The notes beneath the pieces are model-generated. The model did no database searches. It had not been told where the DNA came from and worked only from the letters and a program-made list of their open reading frames with translations. From Callorhinchus milii (Eukaryota): a stretch of 64,000 nt of DNA. This document shows, in pieces, positions 1 through 13,101 of this stretch. Numbering within the stretch: position 1 is the stretch's first letter; each line of letters begins with the position of its first letter. The stretch is from the NCBI RefSeq assembly GCF_018977255.1, contig NW_024704743.1, positions 22,880,001 through 22,944,000 of the forward strand, given 5' to 3'. The translations under genes were made by a program, and so were the position numbers.

Positions 1-1179
1 GAAGGCGGTGTCCATTTTGAGAGCCACATCAGTGTCCATTTTGTACCAGAAATACACAGTCGCTGTACTCCAGCATTCTGCTCATCCTTCGTCCCCTCTG
101 CTCCACCTGGGTGACTGTGATTTCAGCCCTGAAACTGTAGAACTGTAGAAGGCCTCAATGCCTTCCCTTCAACAACAACAACAAGATTACATTTGTATAG
201 CGCCTTTCACGTCAGGAGGAGTCTCAAGGCGCTGGACAGAGTACAGCACTACAAAAAAGTCAAGGCAACGTTGCTTATTCTGTGTCCCAGCCTTGTCGTG
301 CAGTCCGAGGAATTCTGTACAGATCACAGTCAACTAAATAACGGCAATGTTAAATAAACCAGTTCACATTGGTATTTTGAGTTCTATAAAAATGATGTGG
401 AAGCCTTTTCAAATTGCTAAAATATTTCAAACCCGTTTCCGAAAGTAGCTTTATTCACTGGTTCCTTTTGCTGATCTTTCACAATGATTCAATCTAGATC
501 TTTTAAAGAGTTGTGGAAAACTGGCTCCAAACGTACTTAAGAATTTTCCACCCTTAAAGACTAAGATGAGGTGCAATTTCAAGCCTTACATATTTTTATT
601 CCTCCTCTGGTTATCTAATTCCCTTTTAAATGCCGTAATTGATTTATTCCATATCCTAATACCATTGTGTAAAACAAACTCTTCAAACCTCCCTTTTATG
701 CTTCTGGAAAACATCTTGGATTGATGTTCCCTTGTTGATGAGTTGCCAGATGGTGGAAATAATCTTTTGATTATTTTCCTCTGATACCCTTACATATTTT
801 GAACACAAACTGGTTAAAGCTCACGGAACCTCTGGCTGTGCTACTTGGAGGCTAACAAAGTTCTTAGGAGCAATCGAGTTCAGTTGTTTTGAAGTTAATC
901 TAGCCAAGCAACCAAATCTTGTCTTGTTCATCCCTGATTTAATGGGCAAATCATACCTCTATCAGTAGAGAGTGGGTATGTGTCGTTGCTACGTGCAAAT
1001 TGGCTGCCTTGTTCACCTACAAACTACACAGTCACAAGAAACACTTCATAGTATAGCCTATGAAGCTTTTTGAAATGTCTCGACAAAGTGATGAGGCTAT
1101 ATCAAACACAAGGGTTATTATTTATTATATAATGTATGTGCAGCAGGTATGTGTTATGTATACCTATGTATTTCATGGT

Positions 1180-1592
1180 GAACACAGCAGCCAATTTACA
1201 CACAGCAGTGTCCCATAAACAGCCATGAAGTGAGTGACCAATTTTATTTGGGGATTGGTGGCTAGGTTATCAGGAGAAACTCCCTTCTCTTTCGAAAAGT
1301 GCCATGGGATCTTTAACATCCACCTCAACTGGCAGTTGGTACCTCAGTTTAATAGGTACCTCCAGCGCCTTGGGACATTCTCCTGACGTGAAAGGCGCTA
1401 TACAAATGTAATTTTGTTATTGTTGTTGTTAATGTCTCATCCGAAGGATAGCACCTCCATCAATGCAGCACACCTCCAGCACAGCATTGGAGTGTCATCT
1501 TAGACTATGAGTTCCAAGTCCTGACATGGGGCTTAAATCCATATCCTTCTGACTCAGATGCAAATGTGGTATCAAGTGAGCCAGGTTGACAT
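1180..1592 (-). mobile_element. Deu-domain SINE (AmnSINE1/SacSINE1-like), interrupted by a short + strand L2 tail at about 1361-1430
   Basis: The reverse strand reads gctgcattgatggaggtgctatccttcggatgagac...gatgttaaagatcccatggcact...ggctgtttatgggacactgctgtg, the Deu core, behind a tRNA-like head. Confidence 0.75.
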
Positions 1593-2312
1593 ATATATGT
1601 CATGTGCTGTGTATACGAGTGCTGTGCTAATGCATGTGCTGTATGCATGCACTATGTATATGTGCGCTTATATGCTGTGTGCGTGTGTGTGGCTAGTGAG
1701 ATTCTCACTCAGACATGTGTAGCCCTCTAGAGATAGGCTAGGCCTTTTTGTAAGTTATTTCTCTTTGTTTTACATTTCAAAATATTTTTGTTGACTATTC
1801 ATTTGTTCAAAATAATAAATGTTTCATTTTCCTGTACGGAAGGGAACATTTGATGTTTTTTTAACAGGTCACAATGGAGGGGCCCTAAAAATTGTCTTGT
1901 TACTCTAGGCAATAAGATCGAGTAGAAACTTATCCCAAACAGTTGCAATGAACTGGAACAAGTGGATACAGCAGAGTGGAGCATTGGGGGAGGGGAGGAA
2001 GTGACTATCTTTCCAAAGCTCTCTCAACATTGGTTAATTTTCAACATTAATCATTTGGAAATAAAATGCATGGCACAATTCGAAAAAGAGAAGGGAGTTT
2101 CTCCTGTGTCCTGGCCGAACAAATCCCTCAAATAAAAAAAATGGTCATTCACCTCATAGCTGTTTGTGGGTAAAATAAATAAATCATAGAATATCCTGTA
2201 TAATAATCATTATTATTAATATTAATACAGGTGTGGAATGTGAATATATGAATGTGCACAAAATGTTCCTAAGTGCCGTTTATCACCTGGAAAATTCAGA
2301 TTTTTTTTTCAC

Positions 2313-2688
2313 ATAATAATAATAATATTCTCTTGCATTTGATATAACACCTTATCACATCTTCGAGGCATCTCAAAGTGATTCATAGAATATACTGTAA
2401 AGTGAATTAACTGTATATTTTGCGGGTGAAATGTGGCAGCCAATTGCGTACAGCAGATTCACACAAACTGTCGGAGATTGAGTGACCAATTTATTATTTT
2501 TTATTATTTTTTTTGAAGGAATTATTACCCATGGAAAACCGATCTGACAATTGACTAACAACCGGGTTCCTACTTACTGCTAGGTAAACAGAAGAGTGTG
2601 GAGTAAGGAAACTTGCCCAAAGTTGGGAATTGAACCCAGGTCTCTCGCTTGCAAGGCGAGTGCTCTAACCACTGAGCTACAGGACTCC
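2313..2688 (-). mobile_element. tRNA-Ala-derived SINE, near full length
   Basis: Head GGAGTCCTGTAGCTCAGTGGTTAGAGCACTCGCCTTGCAAGCGAGAGACCTGGGTTCAATTCC (A/B boxes, TGC anticodon-like loop), body ...tttacctagcagtaagtaggaacccgg..., L2-type tail ending (TTA)n; many copies in the window. Confidence 0.85.
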
Positions 2689-3275
2689 TAAAATGCAGGA
2701 CGAGGTAAAGTTATGGAGGGATTTAAAGGTCAGAGCAAGGATTTTAAAGTTGATCTGTTGGAATAACAAGAGACAGTGAAGCCTGCTAAGGATGGGACTA
2801 ACGGGTGTGCTGAGAAACAGAGAATGTGTGTGAAGAGTTGTAATAAGTTGTTGCTTGTGAGGATGAGAGATGTCGGTGAGGAAAATTCTACCCTCAAGGA
2901 CACATTTCCCTGAGAAGTATTCAAGGTCTTCCTATTGGCGAGTGCAAACTTACAGTCTAAATATATTTGAAGACAACCACTGAAGTGCCTAACTTAGGTT
3001 CTGAAATAAGCATGTTGATGGGCACAATGCGTCTGGGTGAACTGTGGTGACTTTCAGTTGCAATGCGAACAACCAAAAAAATGTGATGTGAAACAGTCGA
3101 GGCATCCCACTTAGCTCAAGTGAACTTGCTACCTTCAGCGTGTACTGTCTCACTTCCTCTTCCTCACATCAGGCCAGTAATTACTCACTGAGTTCACGAT
3201 GTGGCCTTCTTCCTCCTCTTCGTATCATGTTCAAATCTATGGACCAAAAACGAATCTGAACGCCGGCAAAGGGGA

Positions 3276-4061
3276 TTTCAAAATCCCAGCAGCCGTACAG
3301 CACACAACAAGGACTCATAAAGAACGGTGCGGTGAATGGCAAATTTATTAATTTGCTGGGATTTTGAAAATGACCTGGATGTTTTTGATTAACCTCATAA
3401 AACTGATGAGAACAGATTTCTTATTGATTCAGCTTTCCAATCGGCAGGTTCGAATATTCACAATGGACAGAACGCACACTGTTGGCTCACCAAGGAGTGC
3501 ACTGCATCCTTCAGCTCCAACATCATAAGGTGCTCTTAAAGGGCAAGTTCTTTCTTTCTCTTAACCAGAGGCTGTGTGCAGCGTGAGGACACGACAGAGG
3601 AGCAGAGACGAAAATTATCAAATACTTTAGGTCACACCAGTTGTGCTTTGATGTATGTTAGAAAGCAGACACAAAGATTGGTGCGATTGGTTTGGAAGGC
3701 AGTATTCTGATACATTGTCCTCCTGCTACAGTGGTTTATTCCTTCTTTCTTTGGCTTCTTTGTTTAACTTTCAAGATATGGTCTGCGGCTCCAGTATTGG
3801 AGCCTGAGCCCGATTACATCCACAGATGCTGCTTTGATGGGAATATGATGGTTCCATCGAAGTACTTTCTTGTTTCTGTTGCATTTCATAACATCAATAA
3901 ACTTAAATCTAAGCAATACCTGATATGATCATGCAATAGAAATGCCAGGGCCCTCATCAGCTTGATTGAATCATATAAATTTATTAAAGGCCAGGAAACA
4001 TCTTAATAAATTTGCCATTCACCACACCGTTCTTTATGAGTCCTTGCTGTTTCCTGTACGG
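3276..4061. mobile_element. Unclassified inverted-repeat element (putative non-autonomous DNA transposon or fold-back)
   Basis: 3293-3351 and 4003-4061 are inverted copies (55/59 by eye), with extra nested hairpins. Confidence 0.55.
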
Positions 4062-4732
4062 ATTGCTGCATTTCAGCACATATATACAGTCACTGCATTA
4101 CAAGTAAAATATCAAATTCAGTATTTATTTTTATAGTGACAGGTTGCTGGCATTACCTTCCTTACCTGGATTCCTTCTGGGTTTAGTTGTGTAAACTATG
4201 TGTAAACACTACTTTCATCATATCACCCTTATGATTAGTTTGATAATCATTGAGTACATCTATAAATGATAAATCATGGTTTACCTCTTGCAGTTGTCCG
4301 TGCAGGGCCATACTTACCAACACGATAAGTGCTCGTCATTGATAAACATTACAGCAACAGTAATAATTATTGTCATAGTAACGGTACTATTCTTTGTGAA
4401 TGTTGTAGTAACTGGGCTGTTCTTAGTGAATGTTGTTTTAAGATTTGCAGTAAAAACAGATGCAGTGAGAGAGATAAATCCTTTTTTTCTCTTTTAACAC
4501 TGTTCCCATGCTAGTGCCTTATCTGCATGAAATTCCATTTAACTTACTCAAGCGGTCTCACCAGTTCACAGATTTTTGGGGTATTCTAACAATATTGTGG
4601 AAATGAAATACTTTCTCATTTTACAAGTGGATACTTACAAATCTATTAGCTGTGAGGACACAGAGTACAGTGCATCACTCACATTCAATCAGTAGTGTCC
4701 AATACATCTGTGTGATTGCTTTCCCAATTATA

Positions 4733-4985
4733 CAACAACAAATTGTAATTGTATAGCGCCTTTCACATCAGGAGGACGTCCCAAGGCACTGAACAGTCAG
4801 GGATCCGCACCCGAGCTGGTAGGGATCATGAGGGGTGGAGGCAGGGGAGGCTAGGAGGGTGACCGAAGGCACAGTTGATGAGGAGGGTCTTGAGACGGGT
4901 CTTGAAGGAGGCAAAGGATGGGGTGAGGTGGAGGGACTGTGGGATGGAGTTCTAAAGGGTGGGGGCAGCGAAGTTGAAGGCCCGC
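4733..4985 (-). mobile_element. L2 LINE 3' fragment
   Basis: (AAC)n tail plus the shared L2 stem-loop and 3' UTR. Confidence 0.75.
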
Positions 4986-7069
4986 TCGCAAATGTGTTTG
5001 ACTAGACCTCAAAAAACTGCTGAGAATTAGGAGCATGATTTCTTATTAATTCAGCTTTCCAATCGACAGGTTTGAATATTCACAACGCACAAACCACTTT
5101 ATAGTATATCCTGTGAAGCTCTTTGAGGCATCTCGATGAGGTGAAAGATGCTATATCAAATGCAAGGACTATTATTAATAACACTACTTCACAGAGAGGT
5201 GCATTCAATTTAATACCCTGAAATAACATTGGGGAGCCACCTGCTGCCATTTGGTACATTAAACTGTGATTTTGCAGAATCCAGCACTTCTGGAGAGGCA
5301 GTGGTTTTTCCACAATTGCTATTACAGCATAAAATACTGTTACACAGCTCTCCAACCTCCACCATGGATTTGCTGTGATACCACCACTGCAGGGTAGATG
5401 CAAATTGTGCTGCATTCTTTAAACACCAGGTGCAAATACTTTGGCACAACCCTGCTTTTGCCTACATGACAACCTACACTTAATTTCACATTACTCTCAT
5501 TTTGTGAAGCGCTTCGGGACATACTTTAATGTGAAAAGTGCTGCACAAATTGTTACTGCTTGTATACGCAGATGCTGCAATCATTCTTTCTGTCAGCAGC
5601 AATGCACAGAACCCGTATTTTCTCTCCTTGGAAGCCTATACTTCTATGTTAAAATCCTGCATGCAGCCACCCCTCCCACACCCAACCCCTCCACGCATGA
5701 GCACCGTAGCACTGACTAACTAAGCACTCCAAGACACCAGTCACATGAAGGGCGCTATATAAATATAAGTTGTTGTTATTATAACTGTAAGTGTGTTTCA
5801 TTATTTTTGTATCTGATTTCAGCTCTGGCTTTCCTTTAGTAGTAATGCCCCAGAGAAATAAATAAAGACTCTCAGCTGCTGCATTGGCTAAGCTACATCC
5901 AATCCAAGAAAATCAGACTGAACCTGTGGCATTCCAGGCTGCTGCCAGCAAAGTGATTGCGTGCACGAAAACAGACTGCAAGGCTTTCAACACTAAACCT
6001 ATTGACCCACAGTTCTGCAGGCATAACCTACCTTCTTCCAATCTACCTAGATATAGAATCTTATACCATAGAAATAAATATGCAGCAAAGAAGAAGGCCA
6101 CATTCAGCCCATTGTGGTCTGTGCTGGTTCTCTGAAAGAGCGATGCATCACATGCACTAATTCTGCCCTCCTTTGAATTTGCTGGTGCTGTGCGGTGCAC
6201 ATAAGAAATCATTGGCCTAAATTTGAGACATTTCATAATGCTGTGTTGATGTTTCATCACGAGGGATGAAAACATCACAGATGTCATCCCTATGAAATTA
6301 GAGAAGAGAAATGGAACCCATCAAGCTTTAAGTTTAATATGTTGGTGACTTAGGGCACTGGCTTTCACCTCCAGCCTGGGCTGAGGGACAAGATAAAAAT
6401 CGTACTAGAATCTTGGAGTGTTGTTCCCACAAGCCGACGTGATGTTTTTCAGGTAATGAACAGTATCCCTATTAATGGAAAGTCAGATTCCTTATTATGG
6501 AATTCCATTACGAAATAGTACATATTAGACCGCAAGCAGTGTTTGCTTTTAAAGCTTCCCAATAGACATGGTTATCGGCAGTGTAGCAGTGCTTCCAGGC
6601 ATAGATGATCATCAGTATTAAGGTATTTTATTCCAGGGCAAAGATTAATGTCTTTATGACAACACGTTAAACCACAACACAATCCTTGTGGTGAAACTGT
6701 GATGTTTTATAGCAGATTTGATGATTATCAGATGTGCTATGGAATCTGTTCTGAAACACCATATTTTTCCAACCAATAATTGAAATCAATTTTTATCTGC
6801 ACCACTCACTTCAACATTCAATAGCACTATAGCACAGACACTAGCATGTAAGAGATACTTTATTTGGATTTATTATACGCTGAGAGCTATAACTAGTGAT
6901 TGTTTTTATATAATCCATTTACAAAGGCAATTCCAGTTTCAAGGAAACAGCATTTGCAATCAGAATGAGAGAGAGAGAAAGACAGTTAGTTATCTTTCTC
7001 TTTTACCAATATCATTTAGAAAGATACAAAAGCAATGTTCAGGACAATAAGAATCCCAGCCTAATGGGT

Positions 7070-7412
7070 GATATCCCCCGCCCTAACTGCCCTACCATTG
7101 GTGGCCGGGCCTTCAGCCTCTCAGCCCCCAGGCTCTGGAACTCCATCCCCCAGTGCCTTCGCCGCTTCCTCCCTTTCCTCCTTCAAGGCCGGTCTCAACA
7201 CCTTTCTCTTCGACCGTGCCTTCAACTCCCCTCTCGACTCTCTACCCCCTCCTCGCTCCCTCCCTTCCCTCCCCTCATCGCTCCCTCCCTTCCCTCCCCT
7301 CACCCTGACCAGTTCCCCCCTGCTCAGGTCCCGACCCAACTGTCCAGTGCCTTGGGACGTCCTCCCGATGTGAAAGGCGCTCTATAAATGAAATGTTGTT
7401 GTTGTTGTTGTT
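7070..7412 (+). mobile_element. L2 LINE 3' fragment
   Basis: GGRAFSLSAPRLWNSIP ORF2 C-terminus, pyrimidine-rich UTR, stem-loop and (TTG)n tail. Confidence 0.85.
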
Positions 7413-8746
7413 ATCACAGCTGCACTTTACAAAGATGGAGTGGGAGTCTAAGCTGAGAGGGAGATAGGGGTTAGGGGGGGGAGTACAGTCAAAGGGATAG
7501 GTTTTCAGATGGGTTTTGATAGCGGAGATGGAGGAAGTGGGGAGGAGGGATTTCGGAAGAGAAACTCTTGGTTTGATTTATTATTTTATATTATTAGTTT
7601 ACTCTTAGTTTATTGGGATACTTGGCTGCCACATTTCACCTACAAAATACAGTCAATTCATTTTACCATATAATTCTGTGAAGTGCTTCATGACATCTTA
7701 ACTATGTGGGAAGGCAAATGCAAGGACTATCCTTCTTCACAATGTTTGCAGCATTATTATAACGAAGGGAAAGGAAACTTTTCAAATCTTATATTTCCTC
7801 TCACCTTCTTTGCCTTCTGATATTATACATGCTCATGTTCCGATGTGCCTGGAGGGTACAAACGGTGAGGATCTAAGTTTTATGAAGTACTGAGTGATAC
7901 ACCTGTTTCTGCCTGTCATTTATCAAGGTTAAAACCCTTGGCTCCAGTTGCATTGAATACTTGGCACTCTGAGCACATGCAAATGCCCATTGCTATTCAT
8001 TGGAATGACTTTTGGACAGTCCTTAAAAGCTTGGTATGCAAACCTAATGGATATGTAACTGATGTAAGATAAGACAAACAGCTTAGAGAGACCAATTTAG
8101 AAACCCATATTCCCTTTGGTAGACATATAAGAAACCTAAGCTTCCCAGTTTATATCTTTAGACACTTTTTTATCATCAGTAATGTAATGTAAGAAAGGAA
8201 TCGAGTGGTATACATCTCCCATAGTGAAAGGATGGAAAGAAGTTACTTGAAATGAACCAGTTTAATTTTCCACAATCCTAGACAGGATTAGTTTGCCACA
8301 AGCTTCAGGTTAGACTGGGTTTACTTAGGGCAGGATGTTTAAAGGGATCTGGCGTGGTATATCGCCCACGTAATAATGTTTGACAGTTATTAAAAAAAAG
8401 CAGGAAGCCAACTGGAGGTTGTTGCTTCAAACCACAGTTGCCTGTCTTTACTTAATGGCCCTATAATTAGACAACTTGTTCAGGATAATGGTGAGGTGTT
8501 TAAGCCCTGGGTTCACACTGCGTTCAGATTCAGCACATGCTTTCTGGGCATTGTCCTTTAACTATGTGGAAAATCAGTTAAGTACTGTAGAAATCCACAA
8601 TTGGCAGGGTATAAGAGTGAGATCAAGCACTTACACTATCTAGTATCTAGGTCATTACATTGACTGTTCCACCAAAGGAACTGGGTAACAGATAAAAAAA
8701 ATGCTAGGAATGATTCAGAATCACTGAACGTTCGAATTTCTTATGA

Positions 8747-10302
8747 TTGTGCTCCGTCCTCGCCTCCGCTAAATTGTCCTTCCACTCAAGACAATCTTGG
8801 AGGCCAAGGACAACCTTGGGCTCCTCTTCTCCATCACCAACCAGCTCCTCCGCCCACTCTCTGACCCCCCCACCCATCCTCTCCTCCAACACCAACTGTG
8901 AGGAGATGCTGGACTTCCTCAAAACCAAACTCAAGTGGATCCGCTCAGCTGCCTCTGCTCTTCCGACCACTAAACCCTCCCCATCTCCCCGTCATACCCC
9001 GGCCACTACTCATTCCTCCTTCCACACCTTCGAATGTGTCTCCCCCTCCTCTCTCATTACCACAAGGTACATGAAATTGACCACCTGCTCCCTCAACCCC
9101 ATCCCTTCCCCTCTCCTTATCTCCTAGCTCGACCTCCTTTCCCCCCTACTCACAGACATCATAAACCTTTAAGTGCTTTGAGAAGTCTCGAAGACGTGAA
9201 AAGCGCTATATCAAAGGTAAGGGTTATTTTTATTATTATAAACCTCTCCCTATCCACTGGCACCATTCCAATCCCTCTAAAAACAGCAGTCATTACTCTT
9301 ATCCTTAAAAAACCCTCCCTGCTCTCAAACTACTGCCTCATCTCCAACCTCGCTTTCCTTTCCAAGGTCCTGGAATGAGTCATTGCTTCCCAGCTTCGCT
9401 CCTTCCTCTCCTGCCACTCCCTTCACAAACCCCTCCAATTGGGTTTCCGTGCCGCCCACAGCACAGAAACAGTTTTGGTCGAAGTGACAAATAACATTTT
9501 ATTCATCTGCGACCATGGCACCCTCTGCCTCCTCGTCCTCCTCTCTGCTGTCTTCGATATTGTTGACCACTCTATCCTCCTCCACAGCCTCTCCTCTCAC
9601 CTCAACCTTCATGCTTCTGCCCATGAATGGTTCAGATCGTACCTCTCACACCGTCTCCACTTCATCTCCACAAACGGTTTCTCCTTTAGCCCCTGCACCG
9701 TCTTGTGTGGCATTCCTCAGGGCTCTGTCCTTTTCAATATCTATGTGCTCCCTCATGGTGATATAATCTGTTGGCATGGGGTCAATTTCCACATGTATGC
9801 AGATGACACCCAGCTGTACCTCTCTGCCTCCACTCTCAACTCTAGGACCACTGCTGTCCTGACAGAATGTCTGTCAAACATCAAGTCTAGATGAGAGCTA
9901 ACTTTCTATATTTGGACATCAATAAGACCGAGGCTCTCCTGATTGGCTCCGGTCAGCACCTCCACACCTCAGGCACTGACAGCATCACCCAGTCGTACCC
10001 CATCATGCTTCCCGTCGCCTGCCTCACCCACCCCACAATTGGCGGGCGGTTCTTCTGCTCCTCTGCCTCCATGCTCTGGAACTCCATTCCACAGACACTT
10101 TGCCTCACCCCCTCCCTTGCCTCCTTCAAGACCCGTCTCAAGACCCTCCTCTTCGACCGTGCCCTGAGTTACCTTCCTTCCTCCCCTGCCCTCCACCCTC
10201 CCCGATCCCAACCCCCAGTTCAGATCCGAAATATTTATTGTCCAGTGCCCTGGGATGCCCTACTAACATGAAAGGCGCTATACAAATGTAATTTTGTTGT
10301 TG
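8747..10302 (+). mobile_element. Degenerate L2 LINE (RT domain to 3' tail) with a 5'-truncated SINE tail inserted at about 9169-9237
   Basis: KTAVITLILKKP, FLSKVLE, GFRAAHSTETVL, AVFDIVDHSILL, GIPQGSVL, HMYADDTQLY and NKTEALLIG, broken by frameshifts and stops. The inserted SINE tail is flanked by the duplication ATAAACCT (9161-9168 / 9238-9245). Confidence 0.9.
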
Positions 10303-10455
10303 TGTGCTGAATTGCTAAATTGAGTTTTAATTTGTCAGCCAATTTTCCTGAGGGCCTTTGGCTCTAACATTAAGTATATCCTCAAAAGAAGGCCTGTGCA
10401 GGAGATTGAATTGTGATGGTTGTAAAACTATCTTCATGGTTTGAACAAAACACAA

Positions 10456-10619
10456 GGGACTGATATTCATTGGCACATGGTGGTGTAAGTTTACAATGGC
10501 AAAGCTTTAATGAAACAAGCATTGTGGAGTTCAGGACACGCACCCAGTTTAGCTTGTGTTTAATTAAAGGTTTGCCATTGTAAACTCACACCACCATGTG
10601 CCAATAAGTATCAATTCCT
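10456..10619. mobile_element. Fold-back/MITE-like palindrome (about 65-bp arms, 31-nt spacer)
   Basis: attggcacatggtggtgtaagtttacaatggcaaa versus tttgccattgtaaactcacaccaccatgtgccaat, 34/35 complementary. Confidence 0.7.
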
Positions 10620-10624
10620 CAGGG

Positions 10625-10848
10625 AGAACTGCATTGTCAGAGTTGCCATCCTTCAGATGAGATATTAAACCAAGGTCCTACTTGTCTGTTCAGGTGAATG
10701 GGCAGTTACTCCAAGTAAATTGGTTATTACATTGCTGCTCTTATTTTGGCTGCCACATTTGCCTATAAAAACACATTTCACAGAAATGTTGTAAAATGCT
10801 TTGAGACAATACAAGTACGCGCTATATCAAATGAAGGATGGTTATTAA
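10625..10848 (+). mobile_element. Deu-domain SINE fragment
   Basis: gcattgtcagagttgccatccttcagatgagatattaaaccaaggtcc... followed by the SINE tail. Confidence 0.65.
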
Positions 10849-11299
10849 TGTTAACAAAACTGGGAGTCAATCACGGCACACTTGTACTAATGACCAAATC
10901 ACGCTCATAAAACAACCATGGCAGTTTCTGACCCTGATAAAGTACAGTACATCTCAGAATACAGTCATGGAGATAGAGTTGTGGGTGAGAGTGGGTGAAG
11001 TGTTGCAATGATAATATAAACTAAGAGAACTTATCAGATGAGACCCCCCCATTTGTCCTTGTGGATATTGTCAGGCAGCAAAATACTGTATTGTTTTGGT
11101 GGGAAAGGGAAGTCACCCCTCCAAGCAGACAAAGGCGACGGGAACCAGAGCAATTCATGACAGACCGTGCCAACAATGTGTCTGCACCTCAGAGGAACTT
11201 CTTGTTTGTGGATCATGGCATTGGATGGTCAGTTCGTGGGATCCTGGTTTTATTTTGTTTTGTTTTCCTACGTTTAAGATAGCTAGCAAACAAGCAAAT

Positions 11300-11613
11300 A
11301 GGGAGCTTGTGAGAATATTTTTCCTGCACAGACTGGGTGATGATATGGAATATCGTGCTGGGAGCGATAGTTGAGGCAGAATCCATATCTGCTTTTGAAT
11401 GGGAACTAGATAAATATCTAAACAGTAGTGAAATACAGATGTATGGGGAAAGGGCAGGTAAATGGGACTGAAAGCAACAACTTGCATTTACATTGAGCCT
11501 TTCAAGCGTCCTGTTGGGCTTTGCTTTTTGAAAGCATTCCTTTCCATAGAGCCAGCCGAGACATGATAGTCCAAATGGCCTTCTTCTGTGCTGTATGTTT
11601 CTATGATTCTATG
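11300..11613 (+). mobile_element. Decayed CR1 LINE 3' end
   Basis: ...gttgaggcagaatccata...tagataaata...ccaaatggccttcttctgtgctgtatgtttctatgattctatg, a CR1-type 3' end. Confidence 0.6.
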
Positions 11614-13101
11614 GTAAAGCCTGTATGAGCTAACTTTCATCCCAATGCTTTGATCCAAAGCTGGAAGGCCAGTGCAACACAGCTAACTACTTTGATGCAG
11701 TCATTGAGAACCAGGTTGGGAGGAATATCTGCCACCACCTCACTCAGGGACCAGTCAATGTGTTTATTATTTATTATGCAAAATTGATAATGTTTTCTAA
11801 AAGACTGCATTAACAGAGAAATGTTAAACAGTAATATAACAAAAGAAATACATACAAAAATTAGCAGAGATAGAATAGAGTGTCATCCACATACAAATGG
11901 GCTCCAAGCCTGTAGATGATGTCATTAAGTAGGAGCACAGAGATGATGAAACGTTAAGTGCCTTGAGGTATGTCACAAGTGACTGTGAGTGCAACAAAGG
12001 GAAGCCTTTCAAAAAGAGACACAATGAAGGTGCTGGGATAGGTGAGAGTGGAATCAGGAGATGAGAGGGCCATGGAGGTGGAACAGGAAGAAGAGATGGT
12101 GGAGAAGGAAGGAGTAGTTCATGTTGTTACTAGTGACAGAGCAAGGTGAACAAGGAAACAGATAGAATTTTACATGTAAAAAGTAAATCAGATTAGGAAA
12201 TAATGCATTTATTATCACTAATATGTACACAAAGGATGTAATAATAATAATCCTTGCATTTGATATAGCGCTTTTCACGTCTTCTCGACGTCTCAAAGCA
12301 TTTCACGGTGAACAAAGAAGGCAAACGTCAGCAATTTAGATGTTTTAAGACAAAAATAGTTTTATAGGCTAAGACTAGTTGAAGTGGATATCAGATCTTT
12401 CATTCGTCAAATACTGAGAGGTACTTAGAGAGCATTTGAATAGAAATGAATAGTGGATTACATTATGTTACCCTTATATAAATCAGTAGAGGATTACCTT
12501 TAGACTTTCTGTGCATATTTGGGCATCATACCATGGGACAGCATTGGGATTAGAAATGCAGTTTAATAAGCAAACTAGATTTTGCTCTACTAATGCCAAG
12601 TTCTGATTGCTATTAATATTGCAGGACAAATTTGCTATAAAAATCATCTTCCCACTGACTGTTTTGCTTTTGTCAGACAGTTTCTTGATTAGGAAAAGGC
12701 TTGAAAGCTAAATGCTGGCTCTGCTCTCCCAATGTGCTCTATGACCTTTTTTTCATTCCATATTTTCTCTGAGATGTAATTTCTCTAAGAAGAGGGCTAT
12801 GCAAATTCAACGTGTTGTTATCCTAAGGGTGATTACATTCCCTTCTCCAGCCTGACTCAGCAGTACACAGACTTCCAGGAAGAAAAGCATCCAAAATGAG
12901 ATATGTTAGCCAAACCAATGGTCCCATGGCTTATCACATTGTTGGCAATGTGCTGGCTTTTTTGCATTTTAAAACTAGCAAACCTTTCATCTATTGAGTC
13001 ACCAGCTATTACAGGAAGGATGCAAATAAGGATTCCTGTAATGGTTGAAGAAAATGAATATGAGAAGCTGAATTGTCCCCCAATACTGGGGAGGCAATTT
13101 C

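Noticed and set aside
8747..10302. Active LINE or domesticated RT gene
   Set aside because: Multiple frameshifts, stops, deletions and an inserted SINE tail.
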